Below, one piece after another: positions 44,935-55,119 of a stretch of 64,000 bases of DNA (within the stretch, counting starts at the first letter, position 1; each line of letters begins with the position of its first letter). The stretch comes from a virus (Duplodnaviria; Caudoviricetes). The notes beneath the pieces were generated by a model that worked only from the letters and a program-made list of their open reading frames with translations, searched no databases and was not told the origin of the DNA. A program made the position numbers and the translations under genes. Location of the stretch: IMG/VR virus record IMGVR_UViG_2885028616_000003, positions 1 to 64,000 of that record; one strand, given 5' to 3'.

Positions 44935-46188
44935 TCAGGCGCGGGAGCGGAGCAGCTGCTCGAGCTGCCGGACCCGGGCGGACAGCTGCGCGATCGCGGT
45001 CGCGTCGTCGGTCGCAGCGTCGGAGCCGGCGTCGTTGTCGCCGATCGTGGGGGTGACGGTCTCGGTGTAGGGGGCGGTGGTGGCGTCCGCGGTGAGCTGC
45101 ACGGCGGTGACGGTGTCGGTGTAGGTGATGCCGTCGCGGATGTCGGCGGCGACCAAGTCACCGATGCCGTAGCCCTGGATGCCGGTGGCGTCGCGGCCGA
45201 ACCGGACACGGGGGATGTCGCCTGCGGCGAGCGCCACGCGGGTCTGTGCGGCGCCGCGCGCGACCTCGTCGAGCTGCGCCTGGGTGATCTGCGCGGCCTC
45301 GGTCGTGGAGGACTGGTCGGTGTACCGCTCGACGCGGCGCCACGGGTCGGTGGCGCTCACACCGCCGTGGGTTTCGGTGAACGGCCCGACCGCCGCGGCG
45401 GACTGCATGAGGATCGCGTTCGCGGTCGGGGTCGCGTCCGTGATGGACCAGGAGCGCAGTGACCCGTACCGCTCGGAGAACACGACCCGATCGGTGAGGT
45501 CGCGGGGCTCGTAGCAGTCGAACACCAGTTGCCCGCCGACCAGCGCGATCGACACACCGATGTCGGCCTGCCGGGCGACGGCGCGGATCATGTCCATGAG
45601 GGACTCGCCGGCGGTGGAGGCCTGGTCGGTGCCGGGGTCGGCGGCGGGGTTCTTGATGGAGATGGTGTAGGTGACGGTGCCGCCGCGGGCCAGGTCGGGA
45701 GCGACGGTGAAGCCGGGGACACGGCGCGAGGTGTCGCCCGCGGTGACGATGTTCGCCTTGACCAGATCCTTGATCACGGTTTCGGCTTTGCCGGTCACCG
45801 GGGTGGACCCGATGGTCTGGCCGGCCCAGGTGGTCGCGGCGTTGCGGTACACGATCCGGTCGGCCAGGAGCGAGAAGTAGTCGGCGCCGGAGAACACGAT
45901 CGTCTCGACGATCTCCCCGTTCTCGCTGATCTGTTTGGAGGGGTTGACGGCCTCGGCCTTGAGCGGCACCTCGTAGACGCCGTTCCAGTCGACGAAGAAC
46001 CCCGTCCGGGGCTTCAGGACCCCGTCGGTGTCGAAGTCGACGAGATCCCAGGTGGTGTCGTTGGCGGGGACGGTGAGGGAGAACGCGCCGACGGCGTTGT
46101 AGCGGACGGCGTTGATGTCGAGCCGCAGCCACGGCAACGGCTTCAGCTTCGTCCAGCTGGTGGTGAGGGGCTCAACAGTGACCGCCAC
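44935..46188 (-). CDS. Siphovirus Gp37-like (ReqiPepy6) minor tail protein
   Basis: RYNAVG.F, AETVIK.LV..N, WRRVE...D, Y.IGD.V; position after Dit. Confidence 0.8.
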   Translation of the reverse strand: MAVTVEPLTTSWTKLKPLPWLRLDINAVRYNAVGAFSLTVPANDTTWDLVDFDTDGVLKPRTGFFVDWNGVYEVPLKAEAVNPSKQISENGEIVETIVFSGADYFSLLADRIVYRNAATTWAGQTIGSTPVTGKAETVIKDLVKANIVTAGDTSRRVPGFTVAPDLARGGTVTYTISIKNPAADPGTDQASTAGESLMDMIRAVARQADIGVSIALVGGQLVFDCYEPRDLTDRVVFSERYGSLRSWSITDATPTANAILMQSAAAVGPFTETHGGVSATDPWRRVERYTDQSSTTEAAQITQAQLDEVARGAAQTRVALAAGDIPRVRFGRDATGIQGYGIGDLVAADIRDGITYTDTVTAVQLTADATTAPYTETVTPTIGDNDAGSDAATDDATAIAQLSARVRQLEQLLRSRA

Positions 46189-46197
46189 AGGAGCCTC

Positions 46198-47157
46198 CTA
46201 GGCGCGGAGCCAGCGGCGGACGTAGGACAGTTCGATCCGCGACGCCGACGACGACCCCGACAGCGCGAGGTTCAGGTGGTTGGGGCCCTTCACCAGCTCC
46301 CACAGATCCCGCGGGCTGCTCTTCACCAGGTCGGTCCATCGGTCCTCGCCGTCCTGGTCGATGGCGTAGGCGGACCCGTCGGGGGCGGTGTCGATGGTGA
46401 CGGTCTCGCCCTCCGACAGCGCGGTCGCCAGGCCGAAGGACCGGCCTAGCGTCACGTTCTCCAGCGTCGGTGTCCCCGGGCCGGAGATCTTCCAGACGGG
46501 GTAGGCGGCCGCGTTGCCGGTGTTGTTGACGGTGGTGTCGCCGAGCACCGCGTACGGCGACAGCACGACGGGCGGCATCGGCGGCACTCCGGCGCCGCTG
46601 TCGGCGCCCTGGAAGGTGAGGGTGGTCGGGGTGGCGTCCGACCAGCACGCGTCCAGCGACTTGAACGTGATCACGAAGCTGGTCCAGGTGAGGCCGGACT
46701 TGTCGCGGTCGTCGTCGGACAGGTCCGGGCCGTCGGTCACCATCACCTTGATGCGGCGGCCCGTGCCGTCCGGCCGCTGGATCACCAGCGTCCCCGGCGC
46801 GGGTTCACCGAGCCGCTCGGTCCACAGCGCCTGCGCGAGCCGGTCGGACAGCCGCAGGAACTCGGTCTGGGTGTCGGCGCCGGCGACGATCCCGACGAGG
46901 ATGGTCCGGCCGCTGCCGACGTAGTTCTGCGGCAGCGACGCCCCGGACGGCATCCCCAGCGTCGTCAGCGACACCGGTGGTGAGCCGTGCCCAGCGACAT
47001 TGGTGACCTGCACCGGCCCGGCCAGGTCCGACCAGTCCCACTGCTCACCATCAGGGTCGATGTACAGGACCCGCAGCGGCCGGGCCCGTACGGCCCCCGG
47101 CCCGCCACCGCCCGGCGCCCCGGGCCCGGCGGCTCCTGCTCTTGCGGGAAGCGGCAT
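46198..47157 (-). CDS. Distal tail protein (Dit)
   Basis: N.GNAAAYPVW.ISGP, W.L..G.N; follows tape measure. Confidence 0.8.
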   Translation of the reverse strand: MPLPARAGAAGPGAPGGGGPGAVRARPLRVLYIDPDGEQWDWSDLAGPVQVTNVAGHGSPPVSLTTLGMPSGASLPQNYVGSGRTILVGIVAGADTQTEFLRLSDRLAQALWTERLGEPAPGTLVIQRPDGTGRRIKVMVTDGPDLSDDDRDKSGLTWTSFVITFKSLDACWSDATPTTLTFQGADSGAGVPPMPPVVLSPYAVLGDTTVNNTGNAAAYPVWKISGPGTPTLENVTLGRSFGLATALSEGETVTIDTAPDGSAYAIDQDGEDRWTDLVKSSPRDLWELVKGPNHLNLALSGSSSASRIELSYVRRWLRA

Positions 47158-47167
47158 CCAGGGCCCC

Positions 47168-50100
47168 CTATCCCCGCCGGCCGATGCGCAGGCTCTGCGC
47201 CTGCGCCATCTGCATCGACTTGAAAGCGGTCCGGACCTCGCGGGACAGGGCGGCGGCGGTGATCCCGTCGAAGTGCGCGTGGTACTCGTCGCCGCCGCCC
47301 GCGGTCGAGGCGGAGTCGGACAGCTCCAGCGGCGCCGCGGCCGCCGAGAGCGCCATGCGCAGGGAGTCCTCGTGCGGGTACACCGCTTCCCCGCCGCGGA
47401 AGTCGACCAGTTCGGGGCCGCGCTCACCGACCCAGGCGAGGCCTCGGCGGGCGTGGTCGGTCCCTTGCGCGTACCAGCCGGTGCGCTGGGAGTGCGCCCA
47501 CGCCCCCGCCGGGCTGCCGTAGCGGTGCTTGATGTAGTCCAGGCCCCACCGGATCTGGGTGGCCCAATTCGTTCGCCAGTCGGACCCGAAGCTGGCCATC
47601 TTGCCTGGCGGGAGGGCCTGCGGGATGCCGTACGCGCCCGACGAGGGGTTGCGGGCGTTCCACCGCCAGCCCGACTCCCGCTCCCACAGCCGGTTCAAAG
47701 GGGCGAACTGCGCCGCGGACCAGCCGAGGTCACCGAGCTGCGCCTGCGCGAACGCCTTCGGGGTGCCGCCCCCGTACCACGACCCGCCCTTGCCTGCGAT
47801 GTGCCGGTAGGTTCCGCCGGACCGCCACCCGGCGTAGCGGACAACGTCGCCGGTGTGGGGGGCGTGGATGAGGGCGTGGTCACCGCCCATCCCGGTCACC
47901 ATCATCACGTGGCCGCGGTGCGGGAAATAGAGGTCGCCCGGCATCGCCGCGGACCTGGTCGTCGCGGAGCCGTAGGCGATCTGGTCGTAGGTGACGCGGG
48001 GGATGTTCACCCCGGCCGCCTGCCACGCCCGCATGGTCAGGCCTGAGCAGTCCCAGGAGTCTGGGCCCGTGGCGCCCCACACGTATGGCTCACCGAGCTG
48101 GGCTTTGGCGAAAGCGACGGCCTTGGCGCCGCTGCCGTACGCCCCCGACAGCAGCGTGGTGAGGATGCCCGCACCGATCGCGGCGTGCCCGGAGGCATAC
48201 CCCAGCATCGACGCCAGCCCGACCGCGTTGCCCTCCCGGGCCTTGTTGATGGTGGCGGGCGGGTCACCCCGGTAGTGGTAGTCCTTCTTGAAGGTCGATC
48301 CGATCAGCCCGCCGCCGGCGAACGCAGGCAGCGTGTCCCGCCGGGGTCCGGGGAGGCCGCCGCCGGCGAACGCACCGCCAGCGCCCGGTACCGGGCCGCC
48401 GCCGGTGGTGTAGCCCTGCCCCTTGTAGATCGTGCCCTTGTTGCCCTCGTCGTTGATCGCGGTCAGCAGCGGCAGATACCTGCTGGTGGCGGGGGCGTTG
48501 ATGACCATCTCGCCCGCGCTGATGCGGGTGACCTTGTCGTCGGCGCGGGGCCCGCCACCACCTGCGATGACGCCGCCGCCGGCGTTGCGCAGGCTCGGCG
48601 CGAGGAGGTCGGCAAGGCCTGGGATCTTCGCCAGGTTCCCCAGGCCTTTCATGGAGAACTTGCCCTTGGCGTTCACGCTGACGTCGGTGCTGGTCTTCTT
48701 GGGGATCTTCACCAGCTGGTCGACGTACTTCTCCGCAGCCTTCCGGGACCCCAGGAACCGGGTGGCGAGGTCGATGAGCTGCTCGCGTTGCCCCTTCAGC
48801 TTCTTGACGTTCGCGTCGGTGACGCGGTTGTTGGTCACCAGGTCGTCGGAGTAGCTGTTCAGGACGCGGGCGCCCTGGAGGATGGTCTGCCGGTTGTTCA
48901 GCGCCGCTTGGGAGTTGCCCCAGAACGCGCGGCCGTTGGTGTCCAGCGCGGTCCGCCCGGCGGCGAGCGCGCTGTTGAAGTCGATGACTTCTTGCTGGTC
49001 GGCGATGAACCGGTTGGCGTTGGTGAGCAGCGCCTGGTTCTGCTGGCGGATCTTCTCGGTGAAGATCTGCGTCTGGAACGCGCCGGACCCAACCAACGCG
49101 CTGTACTGCGGGAACAGCGACTTGATCTTCTCGATGGACAGGTTGCTGAGGTCCAGTTGCGCCGCCATCCGGGAGAACGAGGTCGCGGCCGCGTCGGCCT
49201 GCCCGTTCTGCGCCATCTGCGTCAGCGTCGTGTCGAGCTGCTTGAACTTGTTGACCGCCTCCGAAAGCGGCGTGTTGTAGGCGCCGAAGGAGATGACGTG
49301 GAAGAACTCCGCGGCGGGGTGGTCGATCCACCTCTGATTCCACGACGGATTCGCGATGGACTCCGCGGCGGCGCGGAACTCCTCCAGGTTCGTCTTCCCC
49401 GAAAGCGCCCCGGCCTTGAACTGGTCGAAGAACGCGCCACCGAACTTCCCGGTCGTGGCGAGGGTCTGCATGGACCGGGTCAGCGACTCGGTGGACTGCA
49501 CGGTGCCGTTCTGGGCGTGCTGGAGCGCGTTCATCGCGTAGCCCATGCCGACCACGACACCGACCACGGCACCCAGGCGCGCCAGGCCCATGAGCGCGAT
49601 GCGGGTGGTCACGGCCGACCCGGACACGCCCATCATGTAGCCGCCGGTCGCCCGCAGGATCACCCCGAGCCGCAGCAGCCCCCCGGACGCGACCCCGGCA
49701 GCCGCGCCCGTGCCGGTCAACCCGGCGATCAACGAGGTGAATCCCAGGACCCGGACGGCCTTGGACACCAGGAACGCGGCCGCAGCAAGCTGGATCAGGC
49801 CGGGCGCGGTCCGCGCCATCGCCGCGAGCCCGTCGGCGAGGATCCGGATCACGGCAAGCTGCACGGCCGCGAGGGGGGCCAAGGCTTGCCCGACGTCGAT
49901 CAGACCCGAGGCCAGCGACCCGATCGTGTGGATCACGTCGGGGCCGGTCTGCTGCACGTACCCCATAAACCGGATGAACCCGGAGGACCCGGCGAGGCTG
50001 GTGCCCCACCGCTCGAACCGCACCGTCAGGGCGTCGACCGCGCCGAGCAGCAGGTTCGTGTACGGCAGGAACGCCTCGAAGATCCCGCCGACGCCGGTGA

Positions 50101-51916
50101 GGGTGTGCCCGGTGATCGACCCGAACTTCTCGATCGCGCGGGGCGCCTCAATGCTGGTCCGGGCGATGAACCGTGACCAGAACGGCCCGTCCAGCGCGAG
50201 CGCGGCCCGCGTCTCCAGGATCCGCATCGCCGCCGCCGACGACCGGGTCAGCGGGGAGAACTTGTCGAGCTGCATCGTGATGAGGCCGAGCCCGCCGGAC
50301 AGCACCGGCAGGACGTCGGGCTCCAGGTCGTTGACCCACCCCCGGTACTCCTTCCGGAACCGCTGCCAACTGTCCAGCAGCCGGTTCTCGGCGGGGGTGA
50401 GCTTGTCCATGGCGCGCCCCAGCCGCACGGTCGCGGCGGACGCGCCGTCCGCGGCGTGCGCGGACTGGCGCTGCGCGTCGGCCTGCTGCAACGCGGCGAT
50501 ACGGTCCTGGATCTGCTGGGTCCGCACCGCGCGCTGCGCGTCGGCGACCTGCTGCAGCGCGTCCTTCAGCCGCTCCTTCGCGGCGACGACCTCCTGGGTG
50601 CCCTCGACGCCGGCCTTGCGGGCCTTGGCCTCATCGGCGCGGAGCCGGTTGACCAGGATCCGCTGCTCTTTGAGCTGCTGGACCGCCTGGTCGTAGGCGA
50701 GTTTGGCTTCCTTTCGGTCGAGGTCGCGGTCTTTGCGCTGCTGCTGCGCGGCGGCGACCGCCTGCTTGGCCAGGTCGACCGCGAGCTGCGCCTGGTCCTT
50801 GTCGAGCTGGGTGGAGCGGGAGTCGCCGAGGACCTTGGCCTGCTTGGCCTGCGCGGCCGCGAGGCCGACCTGGGCCTTCTGGACGGCGAGGTCGTCCTGC
50901 CGTGTCGACCCGAGCTTCTCCAGTTCCCGCCGTGCCCGCTCGACTGCGAGTTCGTCACCGCGCAGGGACAGACCGGCGTCGATGAGCGAGTTCTGCATGT
51001 CCTGCAGCGACCGCGCGCCGTCCTGCCGGGCGCGGTTGAGATCGGTCTGGGCCTGGCGGGCGGCGGCCTGGGCCTGGGTGACCTGCCGTTCGGCCTGCGC
51101 CATCTGCATGGCCCGCAGCCGCGCCTGCTCGGTGGCGATCGCCGCGGTGTTCAGCGCGACCGCCCGGCCCCGCGTCGAGGTGGCGACCTGGTTGTCGGCG
51201 GTCTTCTGCGCCTGCAGCGCCTCGGAGATCCGGTGGACACCGGGAACCGCGACGGCGAGCATCCCGCCGATCCCGAGCCCGGCGGAGGTCGCGGCCGCGG
51301 CGATCCCGCCGATGCCCGCGGCCAGGGTCGCGCCGAGCGGGATGGACGCCAGCGCGGCCATCTGGATCCCAAGCATCATCAGCGCCGACGACGCCCCAGC
51401 AGTGTTCGCGCCGACCTGCACGTTCACCGACCGGCCGAACAGCCTGTCCGCCTCAGCCCGCAGCGCCAGCAGCCGCGCCATCGCGGCCGCGGTGTCGGCG
51501 TCCACGTTGATCGTGGCGTGGAACGGGCCGAGGTTCTCCAGCCGGCGGCGGACCCGTTCCAGCGACGCCTCGTCCAGCTTCACGCGGACATTGACGTTGG
51601 CGCGCGGCAGGTTCTTCAGCTTCGCTTCAAGCTCGGCCTTGGCGGCGCGCGCGATCTCAGCGCCGATCTTGCGGCCGAGACGCCCCCCGGCGAGCTCCAG
51701 CCGCGGTGTGGCGTCCCGCATCGCCTCCTCGAGGCGCCGCGGCGAGAACCCCGCCTTGGCGCCCTCGGCGATCGCGCGGCCCAGCACCCGGCCCGACGAC
51801 CGGCCGACCCTGTCGAGGGTCGGGTCGAGCCGCCGTTTGATCTCCTGCCCCCACGCCGCAGGATCGATCCGGGGCAGGACATCGATCTTGACTGATCCGC
51901 CGTCGTGCTCCGCCAC
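47168..51916 (-). CDS. Tape measure protein with NlpC/P60 and lytic transglycosylase domains
   Basis: 1582 aa helical; PYVWGA.GP..WDCSGL...H..H; RESGW..ARNPSSGAYGIPQALP. Confidence 0.93.
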   Translation of the reverse strand: MAEHDGGSVKIDVLPRIDPAAWGQEIKRRLDPTLDRVGRSSGRVLGRAIAEGAKAGFSPRRLEEAMRDATPRLELAGGRLGRKIGAEIARAAKAELEAKLKNLPRANVNVRVKLDEASLERVRRRLENLGPFHATINVDADTAAAMARLLALRAEADRLFGRSVNVQVGANTAGASSALMMLGIQMAALASIPLGATLAAGIGGIAAAATSAGLGIGGMLAVAVPGVHRISEALQAQKTADNQVATSTRGRAVALNTAAIATEQARLRAMQMAQAERQVTQAQAAARQAQTDLNRARQDGARSLQDMQNSLIDAGLSLRGDELAVERARRELEKLGSTRQDDLAVQKAQVGLAAAQAKQAKVLGDSRSTQLDKDQAQLAVDLAKQAVAAAQQQRKDRDLDRKEAKLAYDQAVQQLKEQRILVNRLRADEAKARKAGVEGTQEVVAAKERLKDALQQVADAQRAVRTQQIQDRIAALQQADAQRQSAHAADGASAATVRLGRAMDKLTPAENRLLDSWQRFRKEYRGWVNDLEPDVLPVLSGGLGLITMQLDKFSPLTRSSAAAMRILETRAALALDGPFWSRFIARTSIEAPRAIEKFGSITGHTLTGVGGIFEAFLPYTNLLLGAVDALTVRFERWGTSLAGSSGFIRFMGYVQQTGPDVIHTIGSLASGLIDVGQALAPLAAVQLAVIRILADGLAAMARTAPGLIQLAAAAFLVSKAVRVLGFTSLIAGLTGTGAAAGVASGGLLRLGVILRATGGYMMGVSGSAVTTRIALMGLARLGAVVGVVVGMGYAMNALQHAQNGTVQSTESLTRSMQTLATTGKFGGAFFDQFKAGALSGKTNLEEFRAAAESIANPSWNQRWIDHPAAEFFHVISFGAYNTPLSEAVNKFKQLDTTLTQMAQNGQADAAATSFSRMAAQLDLSNLSIEKIKSLFPQYSALVGSGAFQTQIFTEKIRQQNQALLTNANRFIADQQEVIDFNSALAAGRTALDTNGRAFWGNSQAALNNRQTILQGARVLNSYSDDLVTNNRVTDANVKKLKGQREQLIDLATRFLGSRKAAEKYVDQLVKIPKKTSTDVSVNAKGKFSMKGLGNLAKIPGLADLLAPSLRNAGGGVIAGGGGPRADDKVTRISAGEMVINAPATSRYLPLLTAINDEGNKGTIYKGQGYTTGGGPVPGAGGAFAGGGLPGPRRDTLPAFAGGGLIGSTFKKDYHYRGDPPATINKAREGNAVGLASMLGYASGHAAIGAGILTTLLSGAYGSGAKAVAFAKAQLGEPYVWGATGPDSWDCSGLTMRAWQAAGVNIPRVTYDQIAYGSATTRSAAMPGDLYFPHRGHVMMVTGMGGDHALIHAPHTGDVVRYAGWRSGGTYRHIAGKGGSWYGGGTPKAFAQAQLGDLGWSAAQFAPLNRLWERESGWRWNARNPSSGAYGIPQALPPGKMASFGSDWRTNWATQIRWGLDYIKHRYGSPAGAWAHSQRTGWYAQGTDHARRGLAWVGERGPELVDFRGGEAVYPHEDSLRMALSAAAAPLELSDSASTAGGGDEYHAHFDGITAAALSREVRTAFKSMQMAQAQSLRIGRRG

Positions 51917-51933
51917 CGCACCTCCCCCGGGTT

Positions 51934-52358
51934 TCAGTCGGGCGGGGTGTCCGCCGGAGGCTGGTAGGAGGGGCTGAACTTGCGGAGCGCCGCAACACGG
52001 GCGGCGTGCACGGCCTGCTTGTGCTTCTCCTCCGCGGTCGGCTCAGGGCGGGCGTAGACGGGCACCTGCACCGGCGCCGCCTTGGGCGGCCGGCCCTTGA
52101 GCCGGAGCCCGACCCACAGGATCGAGATCACCGTCTGCAGGTAGGTGATCTGCGCCGCCGCCATCCATTCCCGCTCGGACCAGCGGCGGCCCTTCTCATC
52201 GCCGGCCTGCGCGGACTTGGTCGCCGACTCCTCGGGCAGCCAGTCGTACAGGGCGGCCAGCTCGATCAGCGGCGCGTCCCCGGCCCGCCACTCCATCAGC
52301 GGGTCCCGGCCGGGGAAGTAGTGCGCGAAGTCGGCCCAGAGTTTGGAAGGGTGCTCCT
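51934..52358 (-). CDS. Tail assembly chaperone C-terminal (frameshift) part
   Basis: HP..L.ADF..Y...LPEESAT...W; frame open upstream across TAC stop. Confidence 0.7.
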
Positions 52359-52694
52359 CTACCGCGTGGAGGAGCCCTGCGATTCCGGGCGCTTGATGTC
52401 CCTCATGACCTCTTCGAGGAGGTCACGCATGTCACCGAGCTCCAGGTTCAGGTCCTTGAGCTTGGCGAACTCCTCGGCGGGCATGATCCGCTCCAGGGTC
52501 GCCATGTCTCCGGTGACCTCACCGGACAGCACGACGTCCTCGTACGTCGCGGCGTCCCAGAACGCCTGCCGCGGGATCTGCACCAGGACGTTGCCGTCGT
52601 CGTCCTCGATCTCGACGTGGCGGCCACCGAGGGCCTTGGCGCGCTGCTCGCGCATCTCCGACAGCTTGAACCGGGTCTTGTTGGGCTTGGGCAT
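52359..52694 (-). CDS. Tail assembly chaperone
   Basis: Between major tail and tape measure genes. Confidence 0.8.
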   Translation of the reverse strand: MPKPNKTRFKLSEMREQRAKALGGRHVEIEDDDGNVLVQIPRQAFWDAATYEDVVLSGEVTGDMATLERIMPAEEFAKLKDLNLELGDMRDLLEEVMRDIKRPESQGSSTR

Positions 52695-52788
52695 GGGTCA
52701 CCTCGCGGGTCTTGCGTCGCGGGTCTTGCGGGGTTGATGGGCGGCCGGGGCGAAGACCCGCGAAGGAAGACCCCGGCCGCCCGGCTCA

Positions 52789-53367
52789 TCAGGTGGGAAG
52801 CGGAACCTTCGACACGAACCGCTTCACGGGGGTGCCGCCCACGGTCGGGACCATCGCGGTCATCGTGAGGCCGTACTGGTGCAGGCTGTCGGCCTTGTCC
52901 TCGATGTTGTCCCGTTCGGAGACCTTCGCGCGGGGGACGACGTAGCGGAACTGGCGGCCGGTCTGCTCGTCGATGACGTCGAGGCCGAGCGCGACGTAGA
53001 TCGCGAGGGCGGTCTCGGGGTCGTCGAACTGGACACCGATGTCGTCGCCGGACCCGACGGTGGTCATGTCGGCGATCGGCACCGAGTAGTAGAGGCTCAG
53101 GGCCCGCGCGGTCGTCTGCGTCAGGGTGAGCTTGAAGGTGATCGTCCGCGACTTGGGCTGGATGCGGATCGGGCCGTTGTAGCCCCAGCCGCCGAAGCTC
53201 GTCTCGTCCTCGGCGAGGGCCTCGGTGAGGCCGTCGTCCAGGATGATCCCGGCGTCCTCCCAGCCGGTGCCCCAGGCCGTCGCGATGTCGGTGGGCGGGG
53301 TCACCCCGACCTCACCGAAGTAGGCGTAGCCCTTACCGCCGACTGTGATCTCGTCCGTGTTGGCCAC
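52789..53367 (-). CDS. Major tail protein
   Basis: G...DDGLTE...W...PIR; PRAKVSER; Y.LT; position. Confidence 0.88.
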   Translation of the reverse strand: MANTDEITVGGKGYAYFGEVGVTPPTDIATAWGTGWEDAGIILDDGLTEALAEDETSFGGWGYNGPIRIQPKSRTITFKLTLTQTTARALSLYYSVPIADMTTVGSGDDIGVQFDDPETALAIYVALGLDVIDEQTGRQFRYVVPRAKVSERDNIEDKADSLHQYGLTMTAMVPTVGGTPVKRFVSKVPLPT

Positions 53368-53450
53368 GGTGAATCCCCCTTCATGCGGGCATGCGGAAAC
53401 GCCCGCCGACCTGGCGGGACATGGGATTCGCGGGTCTTACGAGGTGGCCG

Positions 53451-53867
53451 TCAGGGGCCGACGAACCGGACCGTCAGCGAGACGGTGAACCCGATCCGGG
53501 TGATGTTCTGCGAGGCGTCCGGCCGTCGCCCAGGGCCCGCGGTCTCTTCGGGGTCGCTGAACGCGACACCGCCCGTGACGGTCCCGGCGATGCCCAGCAG
53601 CGCCGCGCGCAGCGCCTTCACGGCGAGGTTGGCCTGCTCGCGGGACCCGCCGTACACGTCCACGTCGATGCGGGGACGGTCCATCAGGTACCCGTTGCCC
53701 CAGGTGCGGCGGATCGCCGCCCCGCCGATGCGGGTGTACTGCGCGACGGGCAGGCGGGCGTTGAACTCGTCGACCGGTGGGAGCTCCAGGCACGAGTGCA
53801 CGGACGGCACCGTCTCGAGCTGGTAGGCGACGATCACGGGTTCGACGTCGGGGAACTCGTCCTGCAC
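53451..53867 (-). CDS. Tail terminator/completion protein
   Basis: FPDVE, RIGG, DRPRIDVDVY, GP.RRPD. Confidence 0.8.
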   Translation of the reverse strand: MQDEFPDVEPVIVAYQLETVPSVHSCLELPPVDEFNARLPVAQYTRIGGAAIRRTWGNGYLMDRPRIDVDVYGGSREQANLAVKALRAALLGIAGTVTGGVAFSDPEETAGPGRRPDASQNITRIGFTVSLTVRFVGP

Positions 53868-53892
53868 GGTGGCTCCCCTCGCCGCGCCTGAG

Positions 53893-54297
53893 TCAGGACC
53901 CGGCGTAGTGCGCGGCGAGCTGGCCGCGGGTCATGGCCTTGGCGTCCTCGTGGTCCATGCCCTGGCCAATCGCGTAGGCGATCCAGTCGTCGTGGGAGGC
54001 GCCGCGGCCCGGCTTGGGGCGCGTGCCGTCCCCGGCTGTCTTGCCGGCGGCCGTCCCGTCGCCCTCGCCGTCGGGCTGGGCGCCTTCGGTGGGCTCGCCG
54101 GCGAGCCCCGCATCGACCTGCGCGGCCCTCTCGGATGCGGCGGGCCCCCCGGCGAGCGGCTCCGGGGTTCCGACCGGGCGGGCCTGCCCCTCGCGGATCA
54201 GCATCCTCGCGAGCGCGGCGTCGTCGACGTCGACCACATCGCCCGGGTTGCGCTTCTCACCATGGATCCGGGGCCAGGCAGTGACCTTGAGTTGCAC
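53893..54297 (-). CDS. Small virion-associated protein
   Basis: PGDVVDVDD..A..LI..G.A plus P...AS..W.AYA...T..QL. Confidence 0.65.
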   Translation of the reverse strand: MQLKVTAWPRIHGEKRNPGDVVDVDDAALARMLIREGQARPVGTPEPLAGGPAASERAAQVDAGLAGEPTEGAQPDGEGDGTAAGKTAGDGTRPKPGRGASHDDWIAYAIGQGMDHEDAKAMTRGQLAAHYAGS

Positions 54298-54313
54298 GGG
54301 GTCTTCTCCTTCG

Positions 54314-54730
54314 TCAGGCGGTGCGGGCGGCTTCGAGCGCGGCCCCGGACATGACCCGGTAAGGGCGCGTCCCGGGGTGGTCGACCTTCCGCGCGAAGAT
54401 CACGCGGCCGGTCGCCGGGTCGACCCACCGCAGGTATTTGCCTTTGCGCGGATAGATCATGTGGCGGCGGGAACCCCACTCGATGATCACGGCGTAGGAG
54501 GCGGTGGTGTCGTTGCCGTACAGCACCCGACGAGCGAAACCGCGGCGCTCGACGCGGATGGTCGAGGCGAGATGCCCTGCGTCCTGACCGTTGCGGCCGT
54601 CCTCGCTGCGCGGGCACACCGCGTCGGCTGCGGCGCGGGCGGCCTCAGCGCGGCGGTCCAGGTCGGCTTGGACGTTCTGGCTCTCGGGGAGGCGCTCGAA
54701 GGTCCGGTAGTTCAGGTTCCAGTCGGCCAC
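54314..54730 (-). CDS. HK97 gp10-like neck protein
   Basis: G.LASTI, YA.IIEWGS..H.I.P, V.HPGT.P. Confidence 0.8.
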   Translation of the reverse strand: MADWNLNYRTFERLPESQNVQADLDRRAEAARAAADAVCPRSEDGRNGQDAGHLASTIRVERRGFARRVLYGNDTTASYAVIIEWGSRRHMIYPRKGKYLRWVDPATGRVIFARKVDHPGTRPYRVMSGAALEAARTA

Positions 54731-54734
54731 CGCG

Positions 54735-55076
54735 CTAGGGGTGCTGGAGCAGCGCGACCGTGACCGACGAGACGGCCGAGAAGTCCACGTACATGACCGC
54801 GGTCGAGGCGAGCTGCCGGTAAACCCCCTCGTCGAACGGGCCCAGGTACTTCGTGGCGCCCGCGGCGACGGTCCGGGCCGGAGACGTCGGGGTCACCCCC
54901 TCGATCGTCTTGGCGATCTTCGGGGTGACGGTGATGTCGTTGCCGCTGCCGTTGGTCACCTTCAGGATCATGCGGCCGTTGTTGCGGAACGACACGCCGG
55001 AGGCGTCCGGGGTGACCGTGGTCGGGACGAGCCCGGCGGTCGTGAACGGCTGCGGCGTCAGGCTGGTCCTGGCCAA
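54735..55076 (-). CDS. Structural protein
   Basis: F.NNG...L.V.NG...GPF...Y. Confidence 0.65.
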   Translation of the reverse strand: MARTSLTPQPFTTAGLVPTTVTPDASGVSFRNNGRMILKVTNGSGNDITVTPKIAKTIEGVTPTSPARTVAAGATKYLGPFDEGVYRQLASTAVMYVDFSAVSSVTVALLQHP

Positions 55077-55119
55077 TGTGGATCACCAATCTACGAGAAC
55101 GGACAGAATGTGCGGGCGG

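Noticed and set aside
52753-53438. Invertible segment around the major tail gene
   Set aside because: Inversion would disrupt an essential gene; extra copies and the loop position fit RNA pairing better
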